Below, piece after piece: positions 22,147 through 33,742 of a stretch of 33,742 nt of DNA. The DNA is from Octopus bimaculoides (taxonomy: Eukaryota): the NCBI RefSeq assembly GCF_001194135.2, contig NC_068990.1:86920451-86954192 (forward strand). Direction: 5' to 3'. A program made the position numbers and the translations under genes. Numbering within the stretch: the first letter of the stretch is position 1; the number at the start of each line of letters is the position of its first letter. The notes under the pieces were generated by a model that did no database searches, was not told where the DNA came from, and was given only the letters and a program-made list of their open reading frames with translations.

Positions 22147-23007
22147 TCATACATACTTAAATGATTAAATTTACCGCCAAAAGCAAAAATGTGACTTTTC
22201 AAAGAGCTAAGCTAAATGTTTTAATTAAATGGACCAAGAAGAGAATAAAAAAGCTTAGTAATTATAAAGATTTATTTTTTAAAAATAAAACTACAGATCG
22301 GGTGGAGTGGAGGCAAAAAGACAAATATACAAACAGATCTCAAAACGGGTTTTTAGTATTATTGACTGTTTCACATCCTGAATGGAGAAGTCAAGGAGAG
22401 AGTGAGTGGATAGAGAAAGATTAAATGCTTAAATGTAATGTGACCAGCCATGCCTGTCCGACTTGTTAATCGTTTCCGGAGCATAAGTTTCACGAAGCTA
22501 TAAACTCTTATGTTTTCAAACTTATTGCTTCGTGTATCTGTTATAGTGTTTCCTCTGATAAGAATTCTTTGAAGATTAATATCATTCATTGGCCATATAT
22601 ATATATATAGATAGATAAGGAGTGGCATAATGCAGTACTTTTTACATAATATTGCTTATTCTCATCATGGAGGACTGTAAGCTAATGAATTTATATAATG
22701 CGTGATTTTTAAATGTTTATTTTTAACATAGATCTATAAATGTGTGTGTGCTTGTCCTTATATATCCATGTATGTTTGTATGTATTTAGGATTGTATGAT
22801 TGTATGTATGTTTGTATGTACGCATGCGCTGTCTGTAGATGTATCCTCTGGAAAACATCAAGGTGATATCACAATGCCGAACAATCGGTACCTCTGTAGA
22901 TCAACGTTTATATGTATGACTTCTGACAAACGTTTATTTGTCATGTTATGGCAAAGCAACATTATGTGTATGCCTGCGCGTACCTTTGTGTGCATATAGA
23001 TGTGGTT

Positions 23008-23040
<33 letters not shown>

Positions 23041-23557
23041 GCACATGAGCCATTGTAGAATACATAAACTGAGGCAAATATCTTCTAAAAAACTTCATAA
23101 AACCAAAGCTTTCCAATCAAAAAGATATGGTAAATACTTTATTAATTCTGGTGCGTTTTCTTCCTTCGTCAATTGGACTACTAAGAGAAGAATAAATTAG
23201 CCAGCCTATATTATTTAGCAGGAGCTTTGCTAACTGTTCTAATAAGGCTTTAGACCTCACATTAAAAGAAGACGAGTTTATCGTTGTATGGTTTCTATTT
23301 CAATATATCTTCCCTTAGGAGTTTAATTTCAGCTCTCTGATGTGATTATTGGTACAGTAATAAATTTTAAAATCAATAAATTCACAAAGAACCAAAAGCG
23401 TTGTATTATAAGATTTGTGTGTATAGATGTGGAAGCTACGAACATCTCTTACTTCGTTCAAAACCGAAGCAAATTTCTAAAGTCGTTTATGAAATATTTC
23501 ATGATTTCAGAACGATTACAATCGTATATGAAATCGCAATGAAGCAAAATTGATAGT

Positions 23558-24060
23558 TTATCCTACATATGGTGTGTGACATGGAGTGAGCCTTGTTGCT
23601 GAGTGTTCTAGATAATTTAGTGAGCGCTTTTCGAATCGAGGTGTCATCATCTTAATCCATAATATCTGCTTTTTCACGATTACAATCTGGAAGCAGTTGA
23701 CGTATACCCAGGCGTCTTCTTCATGACGGCGGTTGAGACTAAGTGCTTGCTTCTTGATAAAGTTTACTTCTGTCATTCTGGGGTTACCTACATCCCTCTT
23801 TCTCGCTAGTATGCAGGTGGAGAAGTCTCTATCATGGTGGTGGTGGTGATGCTGGAACACGGCGCTGGGCAGTGTGGCCTTGTGCAAATGTTCCCTGGTT
23901 TCTTCTATGTATACCGTCCCGTAGGAACACATCATCAGATACACCACGTTAGATTTAAAACATAGCCGGACGCTGTCCGTTGATTGGATTGTTCTGATTG
24001 GACATTGGTTCAGGCAGCATGAGTCTGATATGTTTGCTGGTATGTACGACTTAGTATTTG
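23558..24060 (-). mobile_element. Penelope-like element fragment, GIY-YIG endonuclease (decayed)
   Basis: In frame: SCCLNQCP...LCFKSNVVYLMMCSYGTVYIEETREHLHK..SAVFQH...RMTEVNFIKKQALSLNRR. This matches the PLE pattern C.S.NVVY.I.C.CG..YIGET...SAV..H...E...I......LN, with YIG changed to YIE and the conserved Arg segment missing. Confidence 0.8.
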
Positions 24061-24807
24061 AACGTGTGGATGGCTACATCTAGTGATTCGTAATGTTGGC
24101 TGGCTACTGACGGAAACGAAATATATTAATCCGTCGACTATCGCGGATGCTACGTTCCACAACACAACACAATTGATAAAAATCCACGAAGTAGAAACAG
24201 CACTGTACTGTACATCTTTTTATTATCATTTCTATAATTTGTATATATTTATTTTAGTATAAATGCAAAACAACACCACAGAGGAATCGATGTAAGCTTA
24301 AATAACAAACCGCCATAGGTGAACTGCGATAAGGTAAGGGATTACTTAACAGCAATGAAAATTAACACACACAATCTTAGAATATAACGCACCGCTTTCA
24401 TTTCGTTAGTCCCCAGGAGAAATAGGCTGGCGTTTCGGTTGACGGCCGTCGAACAGAAATCTGACTAAAAGTGATACGTGTTACCCATAAACGTCTTAAC
24501 AACAATTAATTTATTAGTTTAAAATTTGTCGACCTAAATCATAAAAGTTAACGGCAGATTAAAGTTAACTTCTCACCATATCTCCTCTTTCATCATACGT
24601 AATCCATAAAACTGTGGAAAAGAAGAACGGCATTTGCTTGTTATCTACTGGGCGATGGCTCAAGTCGTCAACATCCTTTTAATCTTGCACGTCGTATTTT
24701 TTTTCATATCTCGGTGGATCATATAAACAAATGCTCTTTTACAGGTAACATCATTCTATTGTTAGATCTCGCCGATCTCAGCTTGCTTTCATTATCAACG
24801 GTTGAAA

Positions 24808-25027
24808 AAGGCTGCGAGCTGGCAGAAACGTTAGCACGCCGGGCGAAATGCTTAGCAGTATTTCGTCTGTCTTTACGTTCTGAGTTCAAATTCCGCCGAG
24901 GTCGACTTTGCCTTTCATCCTTTCGCGGTCGATGAATTAAGTACCAGTTGCGTACTGGGGTCGATCTAATCGACTGACCCCTTCGCCAAAACATTTCGGG
25001 CTTTGTGCGTAGGGTAGAAAAGATTAT
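24808..25027 (+). mobile_element. tRNA-derived SINE, family 2, well preserved
   Basis: A-box-like TGGCAGAAACGTTAG (~24820), B-box-like GAGTTCAAATTCC (24882-24894), central GCCTTTCATCCTTTCGCGGTCGATGAATTAAGTACCAG. An inverted copy lies at 15559-15772. Confidence 0.88.
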
Positions 25028-26880
25028 CAATGGTCGAAAAATATAATGCCAGGCAAGTACTGGTGTCAATTTTTTCTGTGTTTCTTCTCTCTTTCTCTCT
25101 CTATCAAGCTTCCCCCTCTCTCTCTTTCTCTCTTGAATTCTTTCTTTCTCTCCTTCCCTAAAAATTTGCGTTACGTCATGAGAAAAACAGCTCCATGCAC
25201 CATATTCAGTTTAGCAGGGAGCGTAAACAAAGAAAAGATGCGGCCTATGCAATTCACAGAAATAGAAGTTTCTATCAGAAATCGTTCAATTTTTCCCCTG
25301 ATATTTAATATTAATAACATATTTATGTTCTTTGCCTATATACGCTACTTGTACAATAATTCATTCAAATGTATTGTTCTTTACTCTTTGCTTTGTGGAA
25401 TTTTCTCCAATACTTTTTTCCCCTTTGCGTACATGTACCAGCATTTACTGATACCGACGTGCGCTATTTCTTTTGATCTGTAGTAAATTTACTTTATTTT
25501 CCTTCCTGGGTGAGAAACATGGCATTATATATAATTTCATACTTGATTCTAGTATATATTGTATTTACATGCTCAAAATCATGTTTTCCTCTCAAAATCA
25601 TTTCAAAATGATTTTATTAAATGTATTATGAAACGTACTGAATATAATAGGAGATTCTTGAAAAACAGCGGTTCGAGTTATGCGGGGCGCCTGTTATATA
25701 TCGTCAATGACGGGCAAATGCAGTATATATAAACGTGTGTATATAACTATATATATATATATATATATATAGTTATAGTTATATAAATATATGTAATTAT
25801 GTACATATATAGTTATATATATATATAATTAATTAAAACAACGGCGACAAAGGACAAGAAAAAACAACAACACAAGGATGTAACGCATACAAGGTATTGA
25901 TAAGACGCTCAGAGAAAGAAAGAGTGGTTGTTTTACCTTTCAAGCATAGCTCTTTTTCGGAAACAGGAGATATGAGTTTTTTCTCCTTCTTCTTTTTCCA
26001 AAAGAAAAGGAAGGAGGAAAAAATCGCCAACAGTCCACATGTAGTTACATATATATNNNNNNNNNNNNNNNNNNNNNNNNNNNNNNNNNNNNNNNNNNNN
26101 NNNNNNNNNNNNNNNNNNNNNNNNNNNNNNNNNNNNNNNNNNNNNNNNNNNNNNNNNNNNNNNNNNNNNNNNNNNNNNNNNNNNNNNNNNNNNNNNNNNN
26201 NNNNNNNNNNNNNNNNNNNNNNNNNNNNNNNNNNNNNNNNNNNNNNNTATATATATGAGTGTGTGTGTGTGTGGATTCTTTTCTGAATCAACAAAAAGTA
26301 CTCCATTCAGCGAAAGATAAATATTTAAATATTATTTTATATGTACTGTACTTAAGAACGAGCTACTATCAGTTATATGCCGTGGAAACACAATAGCGCG
26401 TTAGATGTATATATCACACCTTGTGCATCAAATTGTATACATACATACATACATACATATATACATACATACATACATGTGTACAGTTGTGGAATCAGCG
26501 GATGTTAACATAAGGCTGAAGATCAATGAAAAAGAGAAGACCTACGGTGAAGCATTGAGAAATCTGCTGTTACTCTATCCAGATTTATAAGTTCAGATTT
26601 ATACCAGTAATTGTTGTGGCACTGCGATATGTAACACACTGCCTAAACATCAGTCTTGAGTAATTAGGCTTCTCAAAACCAGAAAGGATAAGGCTGATTC
26701 GAAGCCTACAGATCCAATCCATCACTGGAACTGTAAAAATATGCAAAACTTTCCAGACGTTTATCGTTTAAGTATATATGAGCATGTCTAGATATGGAAC
26801 TATATGCATTAAAATACATACATAAAACAAAACACACAAATCTGCACATACATATATACATACGTACAAACAAAAATAAC

Positions 26881-26988
26881 CTGTTGCTGATGTTGAAATT
26901 CCAATGAAGGAGCCTTGGATCTAGGTTAGAAACCGGCTGTTTATTGGTATGGCAAGATATCTTGAAATAATATTGAATAATAACATAC
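26881..26988 (+). repeat. Second copy of the TACA-associated ~105-bp repeat
   Basis: Aligns with 2710-2816 and is followed by ACATACATTCATAC. Confidence 0.85.
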
Positions 26989-28083
26989 ATTCATACAAAC
27001 ATACATACATTACACACAGCTTAACACATTTATGATTAAATGTGTATAGAGAGGTGATATTTATAATATTTAATAAATACTTATTGAGTCTCGCTATGTT
27101 GGCATACGAACTTTGATGAGAAATAAAGTACAAAGCTAATCACTTCTATCATCGTTTTGCAGTGTTTATAGAGTTAGCATCCATAAAAATACTTTTTTTT
27201 AAATGTTCAAAAAGAATAAAGATTAGGTGATATATGTTACTGTCATTGTTGCGAATTTGTTATGTCAGCAACGCTATTACAGAATCAAAGACAGAAACTA
27301 AAACTTCACTAGTTCCATTATAAGCTCTTTGTCAGCGATGTTGATGCATACTAACGCTAAATATGTCGTAATCTGTCCATAATTCGGGATCAGATTAAAA
27401 AATTGTTTTAAAATTGATGGTAAGCGGATTTCATGAGTTAGAGCTTAGGAATTTAAGAGCCATGGCCGTATGTGGCTGCCCTAATTGCCAGACAGCGTGA
27501 AAACCCCCATCGTATGAAGCAACTATTTCAAACAAGAAAGCATTCGATACAAATTTTTAAAAACTACAGCGGCCTAGGCTGTTATTTGCTCGGCTATTCG
27601 CAAGGAGGAAATTTCCATCATATCCGATGTAGATCAAGTAAAATTAACTCTGAGGATAGACTTCTTTGACCCACCACAATGCGTAAAAGCCTGCTGTCAC
27701 ACATCCATAAGCCTATATATTCAATATTGTAGCCTACCGATCTTGGTACCTGCGACTCTATTCCACATGCGTATATAACTACACTGATGTCCTTTGAAAT
27801 GTAATAACGTATAGTCTACCCTCAAAGAGAACCAGTTAAACGAGGCATTACTTCCTGAAGCAGTCATTTCACAAGCAAAGGAACTCCATCTCTTTTCAAA
27901 TATTTAGTGACAAAGGAACCAGTGTTTTATGTCTACAACTGAGAGATGTACCCTAAGGTAACATCTTTTAGTAGTGGTAAAGAAGTTTTGTTTAAATTAT
28001 ATATTCATTCACATACACAAACACACACATACACACACATTTATATATAAATATTCATATATATATTTATATATAAATATATT

Positions 28084-28084
<1 letters not shown>

Positions 28085-28130
<46 letters not shown>

Positions 28131-28136
28131 GGAGAG

Positions 28137-28201
<65 letters not shown>
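28085..28201. repeat. (TAGA)n + (AAAG)n compound microsatellite
   Basis: Direct inspection. Confidence 0.95.
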
Positions 28202-28202
<1 letters not shown>

Positions 28203-28445
28203 GTATTAGTTGTCATATTGCTAAAGTGGTGGCAAATCAATAGAGTACTCAACGCCTTTGAAGGCAGAGTTTCTACTTTACATTTCAACGGTTACTTACA
28301 ACTTGGAATATGTTTTATCTACAAAACAGACTAACCGAGCCAAGAATCACCTGAGGACAGGATGCGTGCGTGTGTTTGTATATGTGCATATATATGTAGA
28401 CAGAGAGCGCGGGGGAGAGAGGGCGAGAGAAAGAGGGAGACAGAC

Positions 28446-28476
<31 letters not shown>

Positions 28477-28487
28477 ATGACATTCAT

Positions 28488-28603
28488 GGAGCTTTAGGTG
28501 TTTTCGCTCAATAAACACTCACAATATCCCGGTCTGTGAATCGAAACCGCTGTCCTACTACCGCGTGTCCTCTGCCCTAACCACTGGGTCATTGCGCTTC
28601 CAC
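28488..28603 (-). mobile_element. tRNA-derived SINE head, family 3
   Basis: Minus strand GTGGAAGCGCAATGACCCAGTGGTTAGGGCAG (A-box) ... GGTTTCGATTCAC (B-box). The acceptor stem does not close, so it is not a functional tRNA. Confidence 0.75.
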
Positions 28604-29474
28604 GCTATTAGCAATAGAAGTAGTATTGACATCAAAGCGTAATCTTTATATCCAACTAAACACGGATGCCTTGTAAGAATACCGAATACTGTATCATTAG
28701 CCTTGAAAAGTCCCGTTATATAGGCGCTTGGTGCAAGGATTTGTTAATTTGTACAAAAGCTAACCAAGCGACAATTAAATTAATATATTCACCTGAAACA
28801 GTTTTTGAGATATTTCTGTGTGACAAAATATTACAGTTACTGTTGTTCCCTATTTCTATACACACAATTTCATTCACATCGGTATTTTCATCTGAGGTTG
28901 TTTCGTCTGCATAAATTAATCAATAAAATGTTTCACTTAGGCGTTTGAAAGAACCAGTGCAAAGAAAGACGGCTGAAGCATGACCAAACAAAACACGAAC
29001 GCTACACCACGTCAACGCACTTGCTCACGCGTCACTCAATATCCGTGACCTTTTGGCAAACCATCAAAGGGCTCTCATTCTCTAACCGCCCTATTTTCGG
29101 ATTTGGCTTTCTCGGATTTTTTTTCCCTGAAGATGAAATCCACCATATTAACGTCGCCGACAATACACGGCAGAAGAGATCTAAGAAACTCCGTTACGGG
29201 AACTACGTGTTACGCTTTAAAATACGTTCAAAAACTGGTAAAACGTTGAGAGCAATCTACCAACGCTGTAGGAATTTTTTAAGGAAACAAATCTGATTGA
29301 AAATAGAATAAATGATGTTTAGTTTCTCTATTTAGTTAGACAATATATTCCTCCATACACGCGCGTACGCATACGTAGACATAAGCGGTTAATTGCATTT
29401 CTAAATATCTAACTAAATATAACAAGATATCAAGCTGTCTGCTCATTTTAAGCTTCTATTCTCTAAAATACGAA

Positions 29475-29570
<96 letters not shown>

Positions 29571-29602
29571 CAGGCAGACATAGAAAAACAAACAGACACA
29601 GT

Positions 29603-29637
<35 letters not shown>

Positions 29638-29638
29638 G

Positions 29639-29700
29639 TTTCTTTATTAGCCACACAGGGCTCAACACATAGGGGACAAAATACAAATGTAGAGTTTTTC
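29639..29700 (-). mobile_element. Retroposon-like 3' end with AATAAA and (TCTA)n tail, copy 1
   Basis: Minus strand ...CCCTGTGTGGCTAATAAAGAAACC(TATC)n. Homologous to 33674-33742. Confidence 0.6.
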
Positions 29701-30390
29701 TTTTCGAGGGGGTCGAAAACAAAGCAGAAAAAAAAGCAAAAGTGGGGACAACGATGAAAAAAAACATCGCAAAACGTTTGGGGTATTTACAAAAAATACG
29801 AAATAATACAAAAAATTCCCAATAAATGGGGAGGTTATCCGTGGAAAGAAAAACCTACGAAAAGACCACGGTAACCTCGGTNNNNNNNNNNNNNNNNNNN
29901 NNNNNNNNNNNNNNNNNNNNNNNNNNNNNNNNNNNNNNNNNNNNNNNNNNNNNNNNNNNNNNNNNNNNNNNNNNNNNNNNNNNNNNNNNNNNNNNNNNNN
30001 NNNNNNNNNNNNNNNNNNNNNNNNNNNNNNNNNNNNNNNNNNNNNNNNNNNNNNNNNNNNNNNNNNNNNNNNNNNNNNNNNNNNNNNNNNNNNNNNNNNN
30101 NNNNNNNNNNNNNNNNNNNNNNNNNNNNNNNNNNNNNNNNNNNNNNNNNNNNNNNNNNNNNNNNNNNNNNNNNNNNNNNNNNNNNNNNNNNNNNNNNNNN
30201 NNNNNNNNNNNNNNNNNNNNNNNNNNNNNNNNNNNNNNNNNNNNNNNNNNNNNNNNNNNNNNNNNNNNNNNNNNNNNNNNNNNNNNNNNNNNNNNNNNNN
30301 NNNNNNNNNNNNNNNNNNNNNNNNNNNNNNNNNNNNNNNNNNNNNNNNNNNNNNNNNNNNNNNNNNNNNNNNNNNNNNNNNNNNNNNNNN

Positions 30391-30520
30391 ATAGACTGAC
30401 AGATAGATAGACAGACAGATAGATAGACAGGCAGAAAGCCAAACAGACAGGCAGATAGATAGATAAACAGACAGATAGACAGGCAGATAGATAGATAAAC
30501 AGACAGATAGACAGGCAGAA

Positions 30521-30551
<31 letters not shown>

Positions 30552-30624
30552 TAGATACATAGATAGACAGATAGATAGACAGGCAGAAAGACAAACAGAC
30601 AGACAGACAGGCAGACAGACAGAC

Positions 30625-30683
<59 letters not shown>

Positions 30684-30690
30684 CAGATAT
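30391..30690. repeat. (AGAC/AGAT)n compound microsatellite
   Basis: Direct inspection. Confidence 0.95.
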
Positions 30691-31044
30691 CATATATGCT
30701 TCTGCGTGTGTTTACATTTAATATCGTTAGTCCGGCAAGAGATATAACTCACGCAAAACTTCGTATAAATTACAAATAATGAGTTATACCACCAACAGTA
30801 ATATGATCTAAACACACATAATCAGAAGTTATCATTGCCATTTCAAATAATTTTCGGAGGTAATAGGCTAAAAGTTATATCTATGCTATCGTCTGCTCTG
30901 TTTTTTCCGTCGAATGATATTTACAGGCGTTCTGGAACAGGTAACGTTGGAGTACTGTATACACACTCACTTCTCCACCCATCCCACTCACTCACTCACT
31001 CACTCACTCACTCACTTTCACGTACATACGTTTGCCTTTTATGT

Positions 31045-31155
31045 TTTACTTGTTCTTGTCATTAAACAGCGGCCATGCTGGAGCACATTCTTGAAGGATT
31101 TCTGATTTTTAGTCGAAAGAATCGAAACGAGTACTTTTTTTAAAGCCTGCTACTT
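31045..31155 (-). mobile_element. SINE family 1 3'-region fragment
   Basis: GCGGCCATGCTGGAGCAC...GTCGAAAGAATCG...AAGCCTGCTACTT aligns with 1730-1803. Confidence 0.7.
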
Positions 31156-31316
31156 GGAGAGCATCACAACTACCCAAAAAATACAACGCCATCTAACCAT
31201 CCGAGAAAAAAACGACGTTCTCTTTTACTTTCTTTCTTTGTCCTTCTTTTTCCCTCTAACCATGTCTCCAAAAATTCACCACACTCACACATACACACAC
31301 ACTCATACACACACAG

Positions 31317-31357
<41 letters not shown>

Positions 31358-31419
31358 AATTTGAAAAGACAACACGAAACCGGTTATTTCTCAAAATACA
31401 ATGTTTATATACCAAAAAG

Positions 31420-31462
31420 ATTTTCTAACATTTTTCTAACATTTTTCTAACATTTTTCTGAC
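31420..31462 (+). repeat. 11-bp tandem repeat x4 (ATTTTTCTAAC)
   Basis: Direct inspection. Confidence 0.9.
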
Positions 31463-32437
31463 ATAATTTAAATATATACTTTAACCATGTAACACAAGCC
31501 TTCTGTAGTTTTTTCACTCTTATTATCTTTTATACATCCAACCACGTGCTTTCACATACCAACTTTCTCACCTATATATATNNNNNNNNNNNNNNNNNNN
31601 NNNNNNNNNNNNNNNNNNNNNNNNNNNNNNNNNNNNNNNNNNNNNNNNNNNNNNNNNNNNNNNNNNNNNNNNNNNNNNNNNNNNNNNNNNNNNNNNNNNN
31701 NNNNNNNNNNNNNNNNNNNNNNNNNNNNNNNNNNNNNNNNNNNNNNNNNNNNNNNNNNNNNNNNNNNNNNNNNNNNNNNNNNNNNNNNNNNNNNNNNNNN
31801 NNNNNNNNNNNNNNNNNNNNNNNNNNNNNNNNNNNNNNNNNNNNNNNNNNNNNNNNNNNNNNNNNNNNNNNNNNNNNNNNNNNNNNNNNNNNNNNNNNNN
31901 NNNNNNNNNNNNNNNNNNNNNNNNNNNNNNNNNNNNNNNNNNNNNNNNNNNNNNNNNNNNNNNNNNNNNNNNNNNNNNNNNNNNNNNNNNNNNNNNNNNN
32001 NNNNNNNNNNNNNNNNNNNNNNNNNNNNNNNNNNNNNNNNNNNNNNNNNNNNNNNNNNNNNNNNNNNNNNNNNNNNNNNNNNNNNNNNNNNNNNNNNNNN
32101 NNNNNNNNNNNNNNNNNNNNNNNNNNNNNNNNNNNNNNNNNNNNNNNNNNNNNNNNNNNNNNNNNNNNNNNNNNNNNNNNNNNNNNNNNNNNNNNNNNNN
32201 NNNNNNNNNNNNNNNNNNNNNNNNNNNNNNNNNNNNNNNNNNNNNNNNNNNNNNNNNNNNNNNNNNNNNNNNNNNNNNNNNNNNNNNNNNNNNNNNNNNN
32301 NNNNNNNNNNNNNNNNNNNNNNNNNNNNNNNNNNNNNNNNNNNNNNNNNNNNNNNNNNNNNNNNNNNNNNNNNNNNNNNNNNNNNNNNNNNNNNNNNNNN
32401 NNNNNNNNNNNNNNNNNNNNNNNNNNNNNNNNNNNNN

Positions 32438-32500
<63 letters not shown>

Positions 32501-32864
32501 AGTTTGTGCTTGTGTAAAAATAAATGATTTATCTTGCATGGCTTCTAGTTTAAAACTCCCTCATACAACCAATAGTGCACATCCTAAATTCAAGAAATAA
32601 CTACGCGATGGATACACCTGACAGAGATAGCAATTAAGTGACGCTTATATCACTCTCTATTGTCACTATATAATAACACCTGTAGATAATTTAGACCAAC
32701 AATGCCTGAGTGCGCCCAACAACATCATGCTAATATTACCCTTGAGTTATTCTCTTTGCACCTTTTAGTTTTAACTTCACAAATTGCAATTAGCCAAACA
32801 TGATAAAATTCTTTTAGAATTTGTCACGATGTGTAAAATACATCGTAGGTATTTTGTGATAACA

Positions 32865-32908
32865 CTACGCTGATGAGGAAAAATCGAGGCCGAAACAGTG
32901 GTTCATAG
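32865..32908 (+). ncRNA. Degenerate type-I hammerhead ribozyme motif
   Basis: CUACG-CUGAUGA-GG-AAAAAUCGAG-G-CC-GAAAC-AGUG-GUU-CAUAG. The core is complete, stem I has 4 of 5 bp, stem II has 2 bp, and stem III has 2 bp with a 4-nt loop. Confidence 0.5.
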
Positions 32909-33631
32909 TTGTCCGTCGCATCCACAGCAGATATTATAATGGCCTTCTTTTTCTTGGCGGTTATTTTTATTCTTAAGCATCTAGATTACAACAGCAATTT
33001 AGTCTTACACTCTTTTGAAATTATGTTCCATTATCATTCATGGTTATTAAAACTTCTCTCAGTTCCACCTCTATCCGTTACGGAAAATTTAAGTACGAAA
33101 TTTGCGAGTACGGTATTCCATACATCCTACCTGGTTTTTGCTCTCAAAATTAATATCACTGGCCGTGTTGCGTTATTCTTCTTCCCACTTTTTACACACA
33201 CGTGCGCGCGCACACACAAGTGCAGACATCCATACATACACACGTACATATATACATGTATAAATGTGTGTACATGTGTGTATATATACACGCATATTCA
33301 TAAACATACATACAAATGCACGAGCGCACATATGCACACACACACACACACACATACACACACATACACAGAATCGAAAGTTTTCTACACAGCTTCCATT
33401 CAGGAAATCCCACGCATAACGATATGGCTAACTGGAGACTGTAGTAGAAAAAAAAGCATTTGCGTACGGTGTTTAGGGATTCAACCACGTGTTCAGTCCT
33501 AATTTTTAGCCACAAAAACTTATCTGCGCGCCTATGTGCGGTAGTGGTTACATATGTTATTGTATAGGTATGCATATGTGTGTGTATGTGTCTATCTATC
33601 ATCTGGCTAGCTAGCTAGATAGATAGATAGG

Positions 33632-33662
<31 letters not shown>

Positions 33663-33673
33663 GTAGATAGATA

Positions 33674-33742
33674 TCTTTTTATTATAGCCACACAGGGCTA
33701 AATACAGAAAATGGACAAATTACAAAGTAGAGCTTTTGGGGG
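33674..33742 (-). mobile_element. Retroposon-like 3' end with (TCTA)n tail, copy 2 (runs off window)
   Basis: TTTATTATAGCCACACAGGGCT.AA.ACA...GGACAAA.TACAAA.GTAGAG aligns with 29643-29696 and lies beside (TAGA)n at 33615-33672. Confidence 0.6.

Noticed and set aside
22230-22330. TTDRVEWRQ as an RTE C-terminal motif
   Set aside because: The match is too short to distinguish from chance.
24258-24339. Possible 76-nt exon (TTTTAG ... AAG|GTAAGG)
   Set aside because: It has stops in all three frames. A non-coding exon is possible but unsupported.
24425-24470. Minus-strand CUGUUCGA...GAAACGC around the palindrome GACGGCCGTC
   Set aside because: The core is non-canonical, there is no NUH, and stem I is absent.
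27472-27760. EDRLL*PTTMRKSLLSHIH as a Gypsy integrase zinc-finger start
   Set aside because: The second His and the C-x2-C are not found, so the similarity is too weak.
28488-28603. Functional tRNA gene
   Set aside because: A and B boxes are present but the cloverleaf does not close, which fits a SINE head.
29662-32539. ORFs of 194-343 aa spanning N runs
   Set aside because: Artefacts of assembly gaps and flanking microsatellites.

Overview
AT-rich, microsatellite-saturated eukaryotic non-genic DNA with 8 N-gaps (1616-1663, 6842-7083, 19546-19923, 20224-20267, 20757-20852, 26057-26247, 29882-30390, 31582-32437). The repeat families resemble those I associate with cephalopod (Octopus-like) genomes; this is inference. 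I recognise no host protein-coding exon, rRNA, intact tRNA or CRISPR array, and most ORF-track entries are microsatellite artefacts. Supported content: several tRNA-headed SINEs of three families; a heavily decayed RTE-type reverse-transcriptase fragment (3350-4420); a stack of 5'-truncated R4/Dong-like (RLE endonuclease) retrotransposon 3' ends inserted in (TAA)n arrays (9749-11560), two of which share a covarying 3'-UTR stem-loop; a 163-bp solo LTR with a 5-bp TSD; a Tc1 left end with 168 intact transposase codons; and a Penelope-like GIY-YIG fragment. The most interesting signal is a set of minimal type-I hammerhead-ribozyme motifs (4624-4658 minus, 14712-14757 plus, 32865-32908 plus, and a half copy at 5961-5976), most of them in short non-coding elements lodged at microsatellites.
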